Source: Candidatus Bathyarchaeota archaeon | GTDB lineage: Archaea > Thermoproteota > Bathyarchaeia > 40CM-2-53-6 | Reading direction: 5' to 3' | Length of the DNA stretch: 64,000 nucleotides | Assembly: GCA_963733055.1 (NCBI GenBank) | Contig: CAVTBR010000001.1 | Coordinates: 288,001 to 352,000 of the forward strand | Part shown: in pieces, positions 10,352-19,789 of the stretch | Numbering within the stretch: the stretch's first letter is position 1 | How the letters are laid out: every line of letters starts with the position of its first letter | The notes under the pieces: generated by a model | What the model was told of the DNA's origin: nothing | The model's database searches: none | The model's input: the letters and a program-made list of their open reading frames with translations, nothing else | Made by a program: the position numbers and the translations under genes

Positions 10352-10693
10352 GTGCTTTCAGGTACAGGTAACATAGACAAAGTCGGACGTTATGGGGGCG
10401 CAAGGGTCTATATCCCGTCCAAGGTTGCATTTGATAGCACACTTCCGTTCAAAATGGGAGAAGAAGTAAAGATCCAGATAGATCCAGAGATGAAAACGCT
10501 GCTTATACTTCCCGCTAACGATCAACGCAGCCTTACAGTAATCGAAACAAGAGCGCTCAGGGAACTGTCAACCGAACTCAGGCACTTCATCTCACTGTTC
10601 AGGGACCTGCCAACAGAACTGTCTAACAGGCCGGACGCAAAACGACAGGCGTCCAGGATCGAGAGGAAGCTGGATGAGTTAGTTCTGGCTTAG
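10352..10693 (+). CDS. AbrB/MazE-like DNA-binding domain protein
   Basis: ARVYIPSKV..DSTLPFKMGEEVKIQID; TTTATATAAA box at ~10308 favours the GTG 10352 start. Confidence 0.65.
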   Translation: MLSGTGNIDKVGRYGGARVYIPSKVAFDSTLPFKMGEEVKIQIDPEMKTLLILPANDQRSLTVIETRALRELSTELRHFISLFRDLPTELSNRPDAKRQASRIERKLDELVLA

Positions 10694-10767
10694 ACTCAGA
10701 GGCACACCAAGCTTACCAAACACTCTCCGCCAGGCTCGCGGTAAGGCACTCTACTTCTTCTGACTCT

Positions 10768-10890
10768 GTGAAGGTTCTAACCCGAGACTTGGCCGGTGAG
10801 TTCGAGAAACTTTGTGCACTTCTAGCCATATCCGAGAGGGAAGCTGCGGAGCTAGCTATGCGAACCTGGGTCAAAGGAAACTGGGATTAA
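10768..10890 (+). CDS. 40-aa RHH/CopG-like microprotein or remnant
   Basis: Manual translation MKVLTRDLAGEFEKLCALLAISEREAAELAMRTWVKGNWD. Confidence 0.35.
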   Translation: MKVLTRDLAGEFEKLCALLAISEREAAELAMRTWVKGNWD

Positions 10891-10919
10891 GCACAGAAGA
10901 AACTTGACCTCTACGCTGA

Positions 10920-11355
10920 GAAGGGCGGCCAACCTGTTGGGTGATTACCCTTCCACCAGGTGGCAGGGCTCAAGCGACTTCGCTTGGTTCAAGGTCTTCA
11001 TGATGATTCAGCACCAAATCAAAGCTACCGTCCTGAAAAGGAAATTGCACGCTTCGACATTCAACCACCTCGATTCCGAACTTGGTTAAGCGTTTCTTTG
11101 CAACGGGAACGTTGACCTTCCATTCTTCTGTGGCAACAACCCGATTCGGGAGACTGGAGAATACTTCCGCTAGAAACTCGCCCCCTCCTGTGCCCATGTC
11201 CAGAACAGATCTGGCGGATTTAGCTGCTTCACGAACTAATGAACCATAGTTCCAAGGCGGCGCAGCACCGACCCGTCGCCACGAGTCATTCGAGAAACTC
11301 CAGCCGGAGAAATGGCGCGCCCGTTCAACGTAAGGTCGCAGTGAATCTATCGCCT
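10920..11355 (-). pseudogene. Class I SAM-dependent methyltransferase pseudogene
   Basis: FSGWSFS..PPWNY..LDMGTGGGE; in-frame TGA at 10970-10972 within EVA*ALPPGGRVITQQVG; no start codon and C-terminally truncated. Confidence 0.8.
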
Positions 11356-11639
11356 TAGTGATCTGTCGGCATTTTCTTCTGGGCGATCAGCTTGAACTCG
11401 AAGTGGAATTGGTCGGGCTTCTGGTTCAGCTGATTGATCTTCTCCGACAAGTAGTGGGGTCGGAGTCCCACGCTCATGTCGCAGATGTCGTAGTACGCTT
11501 GACAGATGTTAGGCGGCACCCTCATGGTCCCTAGCTTCGTGAAACCCATCTTAAGCATCTCTCCATCGAGGTCTTCCTGCGCTTCTAGGAGTGTGGCCTC
11601 GTTAAGGTGTTGGATCTCGACCAGAAGTAGCATGCTCAT
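11355..11639 (-). CDS. Hypothetical protein
   Basis: C-terminal 94 aa of ORF 11355-11864, not overlapping the nuclease gene. Confidence 0.45.
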   Translation of the reverse strand: MSMLLLVEIQHLNEATLLEAQEDLDGEMLKMGFTKLGTMRVPPNICQAYYDICDMSVGLRPHYLSEKINQLNQKPDQFHFEFKLIAQKKMPTDH

Positions 11640-11699
11640 CCACCACGCTTCACTATCGATAGCGAGAACATAAGCGTTCGATGCTGACATATCGAGTGC

Positions 11700-12275
11700 G
11701 TGCGGTGGTGTTTGGTGGAGGACCCTCAGGCTCATTGGAAAGCGATGGGTCACCTGTGGGAGGTGGCTGCCGAATCTCTGCTCAAGAAAATGGGGTATCG
11801 GATACTGAGAGCCCAGCACCTTGACATCAACGTGAAGCGCGAGAGACGCCTGCGCAATCTTCACAAGGACAAAGACTTCGATTGGTACTTGTGGAAATAC
11901 CCTGACTATATCGTCGAACGGAAATCCACCATTGGTCTCGTGGATGTGAAGAGCAAGCCGCTTCTGCCCCTTCTCGGGAGATCGTCAAGATGGGGGGATT
12001 ACGGAGCCGGCTCAATCTCTTTCACTGGGATGGAGATGAGAGCCTATCCCGAGTCGAGGATCCCGGTCCAAGTTTTGCTAATTCGCTATCGTGATAGAGA
12101 CGACTTGAGGAGACTCGGCCCCGTTGAGTTTAGCCTTATTCCCTTTACCGAGTTCGAATTCAGGCCGGACTGGGCTGGTGGTTTCCCGCCCGCATCAGTG
12201 CGCTGGAAGACGCTGAGTTCTCGAGCAGCCTACAGCATTCTGCCAAAGGCTGTAAAGTCTCTTGGTGTAAAGTAG
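11700..12275 (+). CDS. PD-(D/E)XK restriction-endonuclease-like protein
   Basis: GHLWE..AESLL..GY, YPDYIV, LVDVKSK. Confidence 0.75.
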   Translation: MRWCLVEDPQAHWKAMGHLWEVAAESLLKKMGYRILRAQHLDINVKRERRLRNLHKDKDFDWYLWKYPDYIVERKSTIGLVDVKSKPLLPLLGRSSRWGDYGAGSISFTGMEMRAYPESRIPVQVLLIRYRDRDDLRRLGPVEFSLIPFTEFEFRPDWAGGFPPASVRWKTLSSRAAYSILPKAVKSLGVK

Positions 12276-12327
12276 GTGCAGTCTCCGTGTCTGATCATTA
12301 GATTTGACCAAGCTGACATGTCTCACG

Positions 12328-12834
12328 TTATCCAGACTGTTTCCATCTTTGGGTTGCTATTCGTATGATGAGGTCTCTGCAAGTGACTAGGTCACTCCAT
12401 GCTTCCTCATCAGAGACCCAGAGCTGTACTGGCTCGAGCATTCTGGTTGAATGGGCTTGTTCGTAGTACGCTCGGTCTATGCGCTGTGCGAGGTGGGCTC
12501 CAAGGTTTCCATGCTCTCTTGCAGCATCGATTCGTTTTGCGAAATCCTCATCGATCAGGTGGTTCGTCTTTGCCCACTCGAAATTTTCCTGCCACACAGT
12601 ATTCTTTACGAGCTCGTGTGAAGCTGAGCGATCGGTGATCGTTGGCGTAGTTTTCGCTGTATGAAGTAGCGTCTCCATGGACGCTCTAGTGCATAAGCAG
12701 CAGGCGAGATTGGCGTGAGCATAGAAGCACCGGACCGCCTCCCCGAAGAGGTCTGCAGCTTTCGATAGTACGAACCACTTATCGACCACGTTCTTGTTCG
12801 TGGTCAGGGAAAACCAGAGTTCACTGTAAGCCAA
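12328..12834 (-). CDS. DUF4145/HEPN-like protein
   Basis: EAVRCF, RASMETLL, REHGNLGAH. Confidence 0.7.
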   Translation of the reverse strand: MAYSELWFSLTTNKNVVDKWFVLSKAADLFGEAVRCFYAHANLACCLCTRASMETLLHTAKTTPTITDRSASHELVKNTVWQENFEWAKTNHLIDEDFAKRIDAAREHGNLGAHLAQRIDRAYYEQAHSTRMLEPVQLWVSDEEAWSDLVTCRDLIIRIATQRWKQSG

Positions 12835-12864
12835 TTGTGTCTACCCGCTTCTTAGTGAGGTGGT

Positions 12865-13533
12865 CTATTTGATTATTTGACCAGTTTTGTTTGACCATAT
12901 CAATAGGTCAAGATCGTCCATCGGAATGGAGCTGTCCCTAGCCAATTCCATCATCCTCTTCTCATATTCAAGATACTGAGACTTTCTCAGAGCTTGCTCG
13001 TAAATCTTAGAAACGTAGTTAAACTTCTTCAACTCCCTCTGGATATGTCGGTCCAAGAGCGCGAGCCCGCAACCCAATCCAATTCCAACATTTCTGAGAA
13101 ACTGACTTGCGACTTTCCAACCAACACCACTCTTCTGAGATGCGAGATATTCTCTAGCGCCTAGGATCTCCCAATCATTGGTTCTCTTGAATTTGCCTTC
13201 GAGAACATACTTGATTCTCATGGTTTCTTGATTGGCGAATTTGTCACGCCAACTTACGATGTGTATGGACCTATTCCAGAGCGCATAATGGTGCTGTCTT
13301 AGGTAAGTTTGGATTTGCTCATTTGTACCGTCAAAGAGCAACCTACTGCTCTCAAGTTCGGCAACCAAAGGGAGCGTTCTCGCAGCATCCTGCCTTGCTA
13401 GCAAAATGCCATAGCAAAGTTCGGCAAAAACGCCTTCATCGCTTTTGCCCCATCCGGTTCTCAATTCTTTAAGCCGCTCTTGAATCAAAACGCGCTTTGT
13501 TTGATATGCTTGCTGAAGGTCTTGCACTGTCAT
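12865..13533 (-). CDS. Ogg2-type N-glycosylase/DNA lyase (HhH), divergent
   Basis: FAELCYGIL, GVGWKVASQFLRNVG, LDRHI, YLEYE, LDLLIW, terminal Lys; start may extend to 13599. Confidence 0.85.
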   Translation of the reverse strand: MTVQDLQQAYQTKRVLIQERLKELRTGWGKSDEGVFAELCYGILLARQDAARTLPLVAELESSRLLFDGTNEQIQTYLRQHHYALWNRSIHIVSWRDKFANQETMRIKYVLEGKFKRTNDWEILGAREYLASQKSGVGWKVASQFLRNVGIGLGCGLALLDRHIQRELKKFNYVSKIYEQALRKSQYLEYEKRMMELARDSSIPMDDLDLLIWSNKTGQIIK

Positions 13534-13640
13534 TGGGTTGGCGCGTTGTACGATTATCGGTTTAACGTAAACTGATTCAGCCGACATATCACAGGCCACT
13601 CTCGACAGTTTCAGCCACGAACCAACTTAGTCACGAAGAG

Positions 13641-14276
13641 CTAAGCGACGGAGTTCCCGTTCCTATTCAGAGCATCATTCAACGCTTCGAAAACAGGTAT
13701 CGAAGCTGCAACTATCCGTTGGGCTGTGGGTCGATCAACATCGACTTGGTGGAGCGCTCGATTGCAAATCCTTGTTATGCTCACAATTGGTTCGACCAAG
13801 TTATCTGAAAGTATCCCTCTGCTAGCAAGGATCTTTACAATCTCTCCAAGTGGATATTTCACGGGCTCGTCAGGTCCAGATAGCTGTCTAAGGACCTGTT
13901 CAAGTCCCATACGGATCGATGCCAAAGCTAGATTCGGATCTTCATCAATCACCCTGTAAGCCAGTGCAACTTGGTTCGGAATGAGCGGCGCGATCGGTCT
14001 AGAAGTAACGATCCGTACAGTTTGCCTTTCCAGTGCTTCAACTTCTTCACGAATCTCCAATCCCCCTCCCCCGGGGAGCGATATCTTCGTCACAAAAGGG
14101 AAAAGCCAGGGAGATACGAAAATCAGAAAGAACACAACACTCGTAGTGTCAATTTGTCCCCATGACGCAGCGTGAAAGACAATCATTAACCCTGCCGCTA
14201 GAGAAATTAACAGTGAGGTCGCGTAGTATCTTCTTCCTCTAAACAATTTGCTCGACAATTGCTGCGATGACACCAC
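13641..14276 (-). CDS. 2-TM + DUF4145/HEPN-like protein
   Basis: Two N-terminal TM helices; LALASIRMGLEQ, ICNRALH. Confidence 0.65.
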   Translation of the reverse strand: MVSSQQLSSKLFRGRRYYATSLLISLAAGLMIVFHAASWGQIDTTSVVFFLIFVSPWLFPFVTKISLPGGGGLEIREEVEALERQTVRIVTSRPIAPLIPNQVALAYRVIDEDPNLALASIRMGLEQVLRQLSGPDEPVKYPLGEIVKILASRGILSDNLVEPIVSITRICNRALHQVDVDRPTAQRIVAASIPVFEALNDALNRNGNSVA

Positions 14277-14329
14277 GTGCGTATTCTATCCATCGCATTA
14301 ACTTGAATCTTTTCGGAGTTACCAGCGCG

Positions 14330-15388
14330 CTAATAGAACTGCCAGAACCGACGGAAGCCTTCGGCATCACCGATGCTGAGCATCTGCATGAGAGATCTCA
14401 GTTCACTTCCATCTACGAGCTGCACACTCCTCTTGTTACATTCTTCGCGCGCGTGACTCGTGTCTATCTTCGTCGTTACCATAGCTGCCCGCACTTTACC
14501 GGAATTGCCGTCGAAGAGCTCTTGGCTCAAGTATTCAGCGCATTCTTTGATGCTAGAGATTTCTTTATCCTGGGGAAGATCCATGGTACATGAAACGACG
14601 TAAATAGTGCTGTACTGCGGAGCATATGCAATCAGGTCTGCGCTACCTTTAGTGAACTTTGACTCTTTGATAATCAGTTTCTCGAACTCGTCGAGCTTGA
14701 CGACGCAAAAGACACCGGAGGAGGAGAGAAGCCATGATACCGCTCGTTCGAATACCCTGCTAGGCCGTGAAACCTTCTCGGGGGAGAGTAATTGTTTGCT
14801 CAAATCCTCGACTGAACAAAATCGGTCTAGAACCAATCTTAGTGGAAATTCAACCCCGAATACCCTGTTCGGATGCTTGAGGAGAAGACCTGAAAGTTCT
14901 CTGCCTTCTTCATCGAGATTTAGTCCACCAAGAAGCAAGCGCGCATCTATGTGGTCATGGATCGCCCAATGTTGCAGCTTAGTTGAGAGAGTAACTCGAT
15001 TAATAGAATTACCAAGTTTTTCAACTCCAATATTTTTCAAGCAGAATTCATATTCCTCCTTCGGCGGTCCGCTTCGCGCACCCCACCCCTCGCCAGACAA
15101 CAGATGAACGACCAGTCTAGCGCTGTTGAAGCGGTCATGGAAAGATATCGTTGATGAAAAAGTTGATCCGTCAAATGAAACAGCGTCAATCCGAGCATAA
15201 ACTGGCAACGATACGAAAATACTGTAACCAGCATTCATGCTTTGATCTAGGTGAACCTGAAGGCAGGAGCTCACCGCCTGATAGATGTCTCTATACCCAA
15301 GCGTTCTGACGTCGAAAGAGGCTCGGTCCAACGTCTCTTGGTCGGGACCGGCGTCTCCACGATTTATCGCTCCGCCATATTGCGCCAT
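14330..15388 (-). CDS. Protein with C-terminal Mrr-like restriction-endonuclease-fold domain
   Basis: FERAVSWLL, ADLIAY, VVSCT, VQLVDGSEL; may be fused by frameshift to 15364-15771. Confidence 0.6.
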   Translation of the reverse strand: MAQYGGAINRGDAGPDQETLDRASFDVRTLGYRDIYQAVSSCLQVHLDQSMNAGYSIFVSLPVYARIDAVSFDGSTFSSTISFHDRFNSARLVVHLLSGEGWGARSGPPKEEYEFCLKNIGVEKLGNSINRVTLSTKLQHWAIHDHIDARLLLGGLNLDEEGRELSGLLLKHPNRVFGVEFPLRLVLDRFCSVEDLSKQLLSPEKVSRPSRVFERAVSWLLSSSGVFCVVKLDEFEKLIIKESKFTKGSADLIAYAPQYSTIYVVSCTMDLPQDKEISSIKECAEYLSQELFDGNSGKVRAAMVTTKIDTSHAREECNKRSVQLVDGSELRSLMQMLSIGDAEGFRRFWQFY

Positions 15389-15771
15389 TCCTTTTCAATG
15401 AAGTATGTCGAGTATCTGGACAGACCACAATTCAACGATGCGATATCGGGCACCGGTTTTATGGCGACAGGCACTTCTTGAAGCTCAACTTTACCCGATG
15501 CGAAGGCTTGTTGGAAATCCTTCCAATCGTCCTCCACTGTCCCGCTCGCATAGTATGTTCGAAAGCACCGAGTAACAATAGGCTTGGTTCGTCTTACGGT
15601 TGTAGACCCGTCGCAGAGGAAGCGAATCGACGATGCGTAGTTTACCCACTCATCACCTTGTCGAAAACATGCAAATCGCACGTCAACTCGGCTAAAGAAA
15701 TGAGACAGTTCTTCAAGAAGTTGTCCGAACTTAACAGCAGACATACTAACGCTTAGGATCAGCGCAGACAA
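15364..15771 (-). CDS. Hypothetical protein; possible N-terminal part of the downstream nuclease gene
   Basis: Overlaps the next ORF by 25 nt on the same strand. Confidence 0.5.
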   Translation of the reverse strand: MSALILSVSMSAVKFGQLLEELSHFFSRVDVRFACFRQGDEWVNYASSIRFLCDGSTTVRRTKPIVTRCFRTYYASGTVEDDWKDFQQAFASGKVELQEVPVAIKPVPDIASLNCGLSRYSTYFIEKEWRNMAER

Positions 15772-15925
15772 AGAGTTTCCTAAATTTGCAACGCTCGTCT
15801 CCGATTGAGGAACTAGTCGAAGGCGACAATGCTTTGTCCCACAAAATGTCTAGTTTTAGAGTGTGTACCACCAATCATGTTTCGAGACCACGTTGGTAGA
15901 CATACGGGCTTCGGAGCGAAGAACC

Positions 15926-16972
15926 ATGCTGACGCTTGCACCAGTCTTCAACGTTGATTTTGAACAACCTCAGTTGGAGCTTTCAGAGAACCTGTGCTTA
16001 CGCATTTTGACAAATGAGGAAGTTCAGGTCATTCGTGAGAATGAGAACAGATTCAGAGCGCTTCCTCTCAACGCGCTTACGAAACTGAAATTTGCTATAG
16101 CCTGTATCACTGAAGTATCCTCCCCATGGGATCTCCTAACCCAGAGCAGGGCAACCAAACGGATTAACCTCGTAATTGCCGCTTTCCGACTCTGGAGCGG
16201 TGTCAATCTCCGATCACCTCTCAGATTTCAAAGGATAGAAGTAAGCAACGTTTTGTACAATCTACCAATCGGCGATCGAGAGAGAGAATCACTCTTAAAG
16301 AAGATTAATCCATTTTCTATCACTAAATTGAGCTCTCCTGAACCCTTTGCAGTAAGCGAAGTAAATCGATTCTCAAAGGCGGATGCAGAAGCGTTCGCTC
16401 AGCTTTTCAGAAGTATGGAGAAAGACAATCAAGGCAATTTGAAAGTGGCTTTTCAACGGCTGAAAATGTTCTCAGAGGAAGAATGGCCTGAGAAGATCAT
16501 TGATGCAATGATAGCCTTCGAAGCCCTTTACGTCAAGAGAGGAGATAAACGGTCCAAGTCTGAACAGATCGCCTCAGGAGCTGCAAAGCTCATAGGGCAA
16601 ACCCCTGCTGTGGCCGAATTGCTTCACGCTGCATACAAGCTAAGGAATAGAATCGTGCATGGAGAAGATGTGACCTCAGACCACTGGAATGAACTCACTA
16701 GACTGGCAATCATGAACGACCCTGATTTGAAATCCTTGATATCTGAACCGACTACGGACAGTCACGAAGAACTTCCACCAAACGCCCCCGTCGAAGCGAT
16801 AGGCAACTGTTTGTGTGAATCGATTAGCGCTAAACTAACACATGAAATCGACAACGAGGATAGACACGCAAGAGAGGGGGCCGGAGCGGAGCAGGGCTCA
16901 ACGTCACAGCCGCAACATGACCAAAGAACCGAGCTTTACCATAGCGACGATTATGATGGTTATCAGGATTAA
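15926..16972 (+). CDS. Apea-like HEPN domain protein
   Basis: IIDAMIAFEALY, AYKLRNRIVHG. Confidence 0.8.
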   Translation: MLTLAPVFNVDFEQPQLELSENLCLRILTNEEVQVIRENENRFRALPLNALTKLKFAIACITEVSSPWDLLTQSRATKRINLVIAAFRLWSGVNLRSPLRFQRIEVSNVLYNLPIGDRERESLLKKINPFSITKLSSPEPFAVSEVNRFSKADAEAFAQLFRSMEKDNQGNLKVAFQRLKMFSEEEWPEKIIDAMIAFEALYVKRGDKRSKSEQIASGAAKLIGQTPAVAELLHAAYKLRNRIVHGEDVTSDHWNELTRLAIMNDPDLKSLISEPTTDSHEELPPNAPVEAIGNCLCESISAKLTHEIDNEDRHAREGAGAEQGSTSQPQHDQRTELYHSDDYDGYQD

Positions 16973-17060
16973 CAAATGGAGCAATCGAAGAAAACTTCAA
17001 AAAAACGGCCCAAAATGAGGAGAAATCCGTAGAAAATGGTCTATCAATCCCATGAGATGA

Positions 17061-17412
17061 TGGGGCTGGTGGGATTTGCACCCGCCGGTGTCCGCTAGGT
17101 TCAGCCTGCAGACTCACCGGTCTATCTTCCGAGTCAGCTTTGCACATGTAACTGACACCGATCGGTATAGTATACGAACCTGGAACATAAGCCTCTGGGA
17201 TAACATCGCCAACATGAATCGTCTTGAGGTGATGGAAGGCAAATTACTCTCATTATAAGTCGATTCAGCAGCGCAGAATTCCGGACTACGATGCCATACT
17301 TAGGAGCTAGGATAGCTCCCTTGATCTCCTATGCCTCGCCGGCAGGGTCGCACATGGGCGCAGTTGTGGAGACAACTGAAATCGGATTCAACGTACACGA
17401 CCCTGATCTCCT
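17061..17412 (-). ncRNA. Candidate ~350-nt structured RNA ending in a tRNA-like T-arm/acceptor 3' strand
   Basis: Five consecutive stem-loop domains with G-U pairs that form only on the minus strand; ends GCGGG-TGCAAAT-CCCAC-CAGCCCC-A. Confidence 0.5.
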
Positions 17413-17437
17413 GTTCAATGTATCCTCTGGAATCAAT

Positions 17438-17824
17438 CTAATTGAAACACACATCTACTCGTGCCTTGGATAAGAGGAATTCTTGAAGTCTTTCCGTGCT
17501 GCTGAAACTTCTCTTGACCCCGACTTCGGATCTCGATAGTAGGTATACATGTGATTTGTCTAAAGCAACGTTTTCGTCCTCCCCTTGTAAGCTGACCAGA
17601 GCCAGTATATCGTATAATTTCCGCTCCTCGGGAGCTGGCCATTGATCATTCACGGAAGTCTTCACCTGTATAGTCCGTAAACTGAGTCCTTTAGCTGCTA
17701 TGAGATCGTTTCCACTATCCTTGAGAGTGAACGATGCTTGGACTCCATACTGAAGCAGTCGCATAACCACAAGCAATTCTCCTATTGTTCCCGTCTTTAG
17801 ATTCTCATCCAACGGATTTGCCAT
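17438..17824 (-). CDS. Small PD-(D/E)XK endonuclease (PDDEXK_5 / Hjc-like)
   Basis: GTIGELLV, GNDLIA, TIQVKTS. Confidence 0.8.
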   Translation of the reverse strand: MANPLDENLKTGTIGELLVVMRLLQYGVQASFTLKDSGNDLIAAKGLSLRTIQVKTSVNDQWPAPEERKLYDILALVSLQGEDENVALDKSHVYLLSRSEVGVKRSFSSTERLQEFLLSKARVDVCFN

Positions 17825-17976
17825 GACGATGCGTAACCTCGGTCGGAGATTTACGTACTACCTAAATTCTCTCAGGCCAACAAAATGCGAGTAGTTTCGC
17901 TGGTTTTTTCAGGTAATAATAGGAGAGGAGCGCATTTCGAGCAACAGGCGCACAATTTACTCAACCGGTGAGGTAG

Positions 17977-19200
17977 CTATTTTGATGATTTGAGATACTC
18001 AAGCGCGTCGCTTATTGCATCCAATTCTTTCTCACGCAAACCGCCGTATTCGAATATGGCTCTCACGGACGAGATCGAATACTTTTCCAATGCGAACTTC
18101 CACAACACGCTCAACATCAAATCAGCAAGAAGTTTGCTGAAGATTAAGTCATGGTGGCCGATCAACTCCAACTTACCTTCATGAACCATGGAATTACGTT
18201 TGAGCAATGTCACGTCTACTTCGGATTCAAAGGCTGGAGATTTGTTCACGAAATATTTGCGAACTCTGTCTTTGAGGACCTTCTCTGGAGTTATCTGCCT
18301 CAAGGTAGCAATAGTCTCAACTACGATCCAATACTTCAGAAAAGCAAAGGCAGCATCGGTTTCAGTCACAGCAGAGCTGTACACATCGAGAGATTCAAGT
18401 AACAGACTCGCAAGGTTGCTATCCTCGAGTGGATAATACATCTCATCGAGAACTTTCTTGAATCTTGCCACATCAAGCAGCTTTGTTCCTGTCAGGTAGG
18501 GATCTGGAATATCAACAACTGTCCAATCGATCAAGCCTTTCTTTTCGAATGCGAATATACTTCTTGAAGGTCTGAAATTCGTTAGAGGTGTGTTGGACAA
18601 TGGATGGATTGTTCCTCCGACGCATTCATAGTTCACGAGTGCAAAGAATCTACTTACGAGATTAGACAACTCTCGAAACGCAAAGGAGGCATCTCGAGCC
18701 TGAATCTTAGAGCTAACCCAGACCAAATTCGCCAAAGAAGGAACGTAACCTGATGCCAACTGAAAATACTCTTTGATCCGATCCTCTGCGATGGTCGACA
18801 GGTCTGAATGTGTCTCAAAGTCCAGCTTTTGCGCACGGACATCGCAGGTCGGGCCGAATTGCTTCACGAAATCAGCCGGTAGCGGAGTCGGGGAGATTAC
18901 GATCAGCTCTTTCATGGGTAATGAGTGCAGGCTCGCGAGTTCGTTCTCTATCTCTCTGACTAGTGATGGAATCGAGTCAACGCCGTTTCCTTTGAATTTG
19001 CTGATTGCTTTTTCCACGACGGCAAGAGTCTGGTTGCTTCTCAATTGCCAAACTCGCTTGCGAACGTTGTTGCCGTCGGACAATTGTAGACTGGCAGCTA
19101 TGATCTCACAGCAGTGCTGAATTTCATGTATCCGATTTGGTCGGCCCAAGAATTTCAGAGAGTGATTTGCTAGTGCAAGGAACGAATCATCTGACTGCAT
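17977..19200 (-). CDS. Apea-like HEPN domain protein
   Basis: SLDVYSSA, FLKYWIVVE, KRNSMVHEG. Confidence 0.75.
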   Translation of the reverse strand: MQSDDSFLALANHSLKFLGRPNRIHEIQHCCEIIAASLQLSDGNNVRKRVWQLRSNQTLAVVEKAISKFKGNGVDSIPSLVREIENELASLHSLPMKELIVISPTPLPADFVKQFGPTCDVRAQKLDFETHSDLSTIAEDRIKEYFQLASGYVPSLANLVWVSSKIQARDASFAFRELSNLVSRFFALVNYECVGGTIHPLSNTPLTNFRPSRSIFAFEKKGLIDWTVVDIPDPYLTGTKLLDVARFKKVLDEMYYPLEDSNLASLLLESLDVYSSAVTETDAAFAFLKYWIVVETIATLRQITPEKVLKDRVRKYFVNKSPAFESEVDVTLLKRNSMVHEGKLELIGHHDLIFSKLLADLMLSVLWKFALEKYSISSVRAIFEYGGLREKELDAISDALEYLKSSK

Positions 19201-19298
19201 AATAGGATGACCGTCGTAGCCGTGTTTTCAAGCCTTTGCTGACGTTCGTCTGTTCCTGATCATCGAGAGCCTACCTTTATTTCAGCAGCTAGAACAGA

Positions 19299-19398
19299 GT
19301 ATTGACAAGGAATCGAGGGTAGATTCTGTTGAGTAATCTAACTTCTGTGATTTTTCAATACGCAAAACAGGTGCGGCGGTAACGAAATGCGTATATAA
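19299..19398 (+). promoter_or_regulatory. 63-bp imperfect inverted repeat followed by BRE/TATA promoter of the HTH operon
   Basis: GTATTGA/TCAATAC, AATC/GATT and TAGATT/AATCTA arms; CGAAA then GTATATAA at 19391-19398. Confidence 0.55.
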
Positions 19399-19432
19399 AG
19401 TGCTATTGCGTTATAGAGTAGAGCTGAATTGT

Positions 19433-19789
19433 ATGGCTGACGAAAACGAAGAACTCGGACTGCTGAGGGAAATCAACGAGAATTTGAAAGTGATTAGAAA
19501 GCTCACTGAGATACAGCTTCACGGACCAATCAAGGACGAACTGACAAAGTTCGCCTCGTCAGCAGAGCGGAGAAAGCTTTGGATGCTGTGTGACGGAACT
19601 ACTACCACCATAGAGATGTCGAGAAGAATCGGCGTTAGTCCGAGAGCCGTTCAGTATTTCGTCCAGGATGGACTGAAAGCCGGTTTCCTCAGAGTCGACA
19701 GACGGGGTTATCCAAGTCGAGCAATAGACTGGACTCCGCCAGAGTGGGAACGAGCTCAAGGCGAAACAAGGGAGAGCAGAAATGAGTGA
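19433..19789 (+). CDS. Helix + winged-HTH protein 1
   Basis: LLREINENLKVIRKL helix; LCDG.TTIEMSRRIGVSPRAVQ. Confidence 0.75.
   Translation: MADENEELGLLREINENLKVIRKLTEIQLHGPIKDELTKFASSAERRKLWMLCDGTTTTIEMSRRIGVSPRAVQYFVQDGLKAGFLRVDRRGYPSRAIDWTPPEWERAQGETRESRNE

Noticed and set aside
10970-10972. Selenocysteine/readthrough TGA in the methyltransferase
   Set aside because: The position corresponds to Arg (CGA>TGA), and the gene also lacks a start and its C-terminus
17061-17412. Bona fide tRNA, tmRNA or RNase P RNA
   Set aside because: No complementary GGGGCTG 5' acceptor strand, no G3-U70, no tag ORF ending in a stop, and only fragmentary P4-like words; kept only as an unclassified RNA candidate
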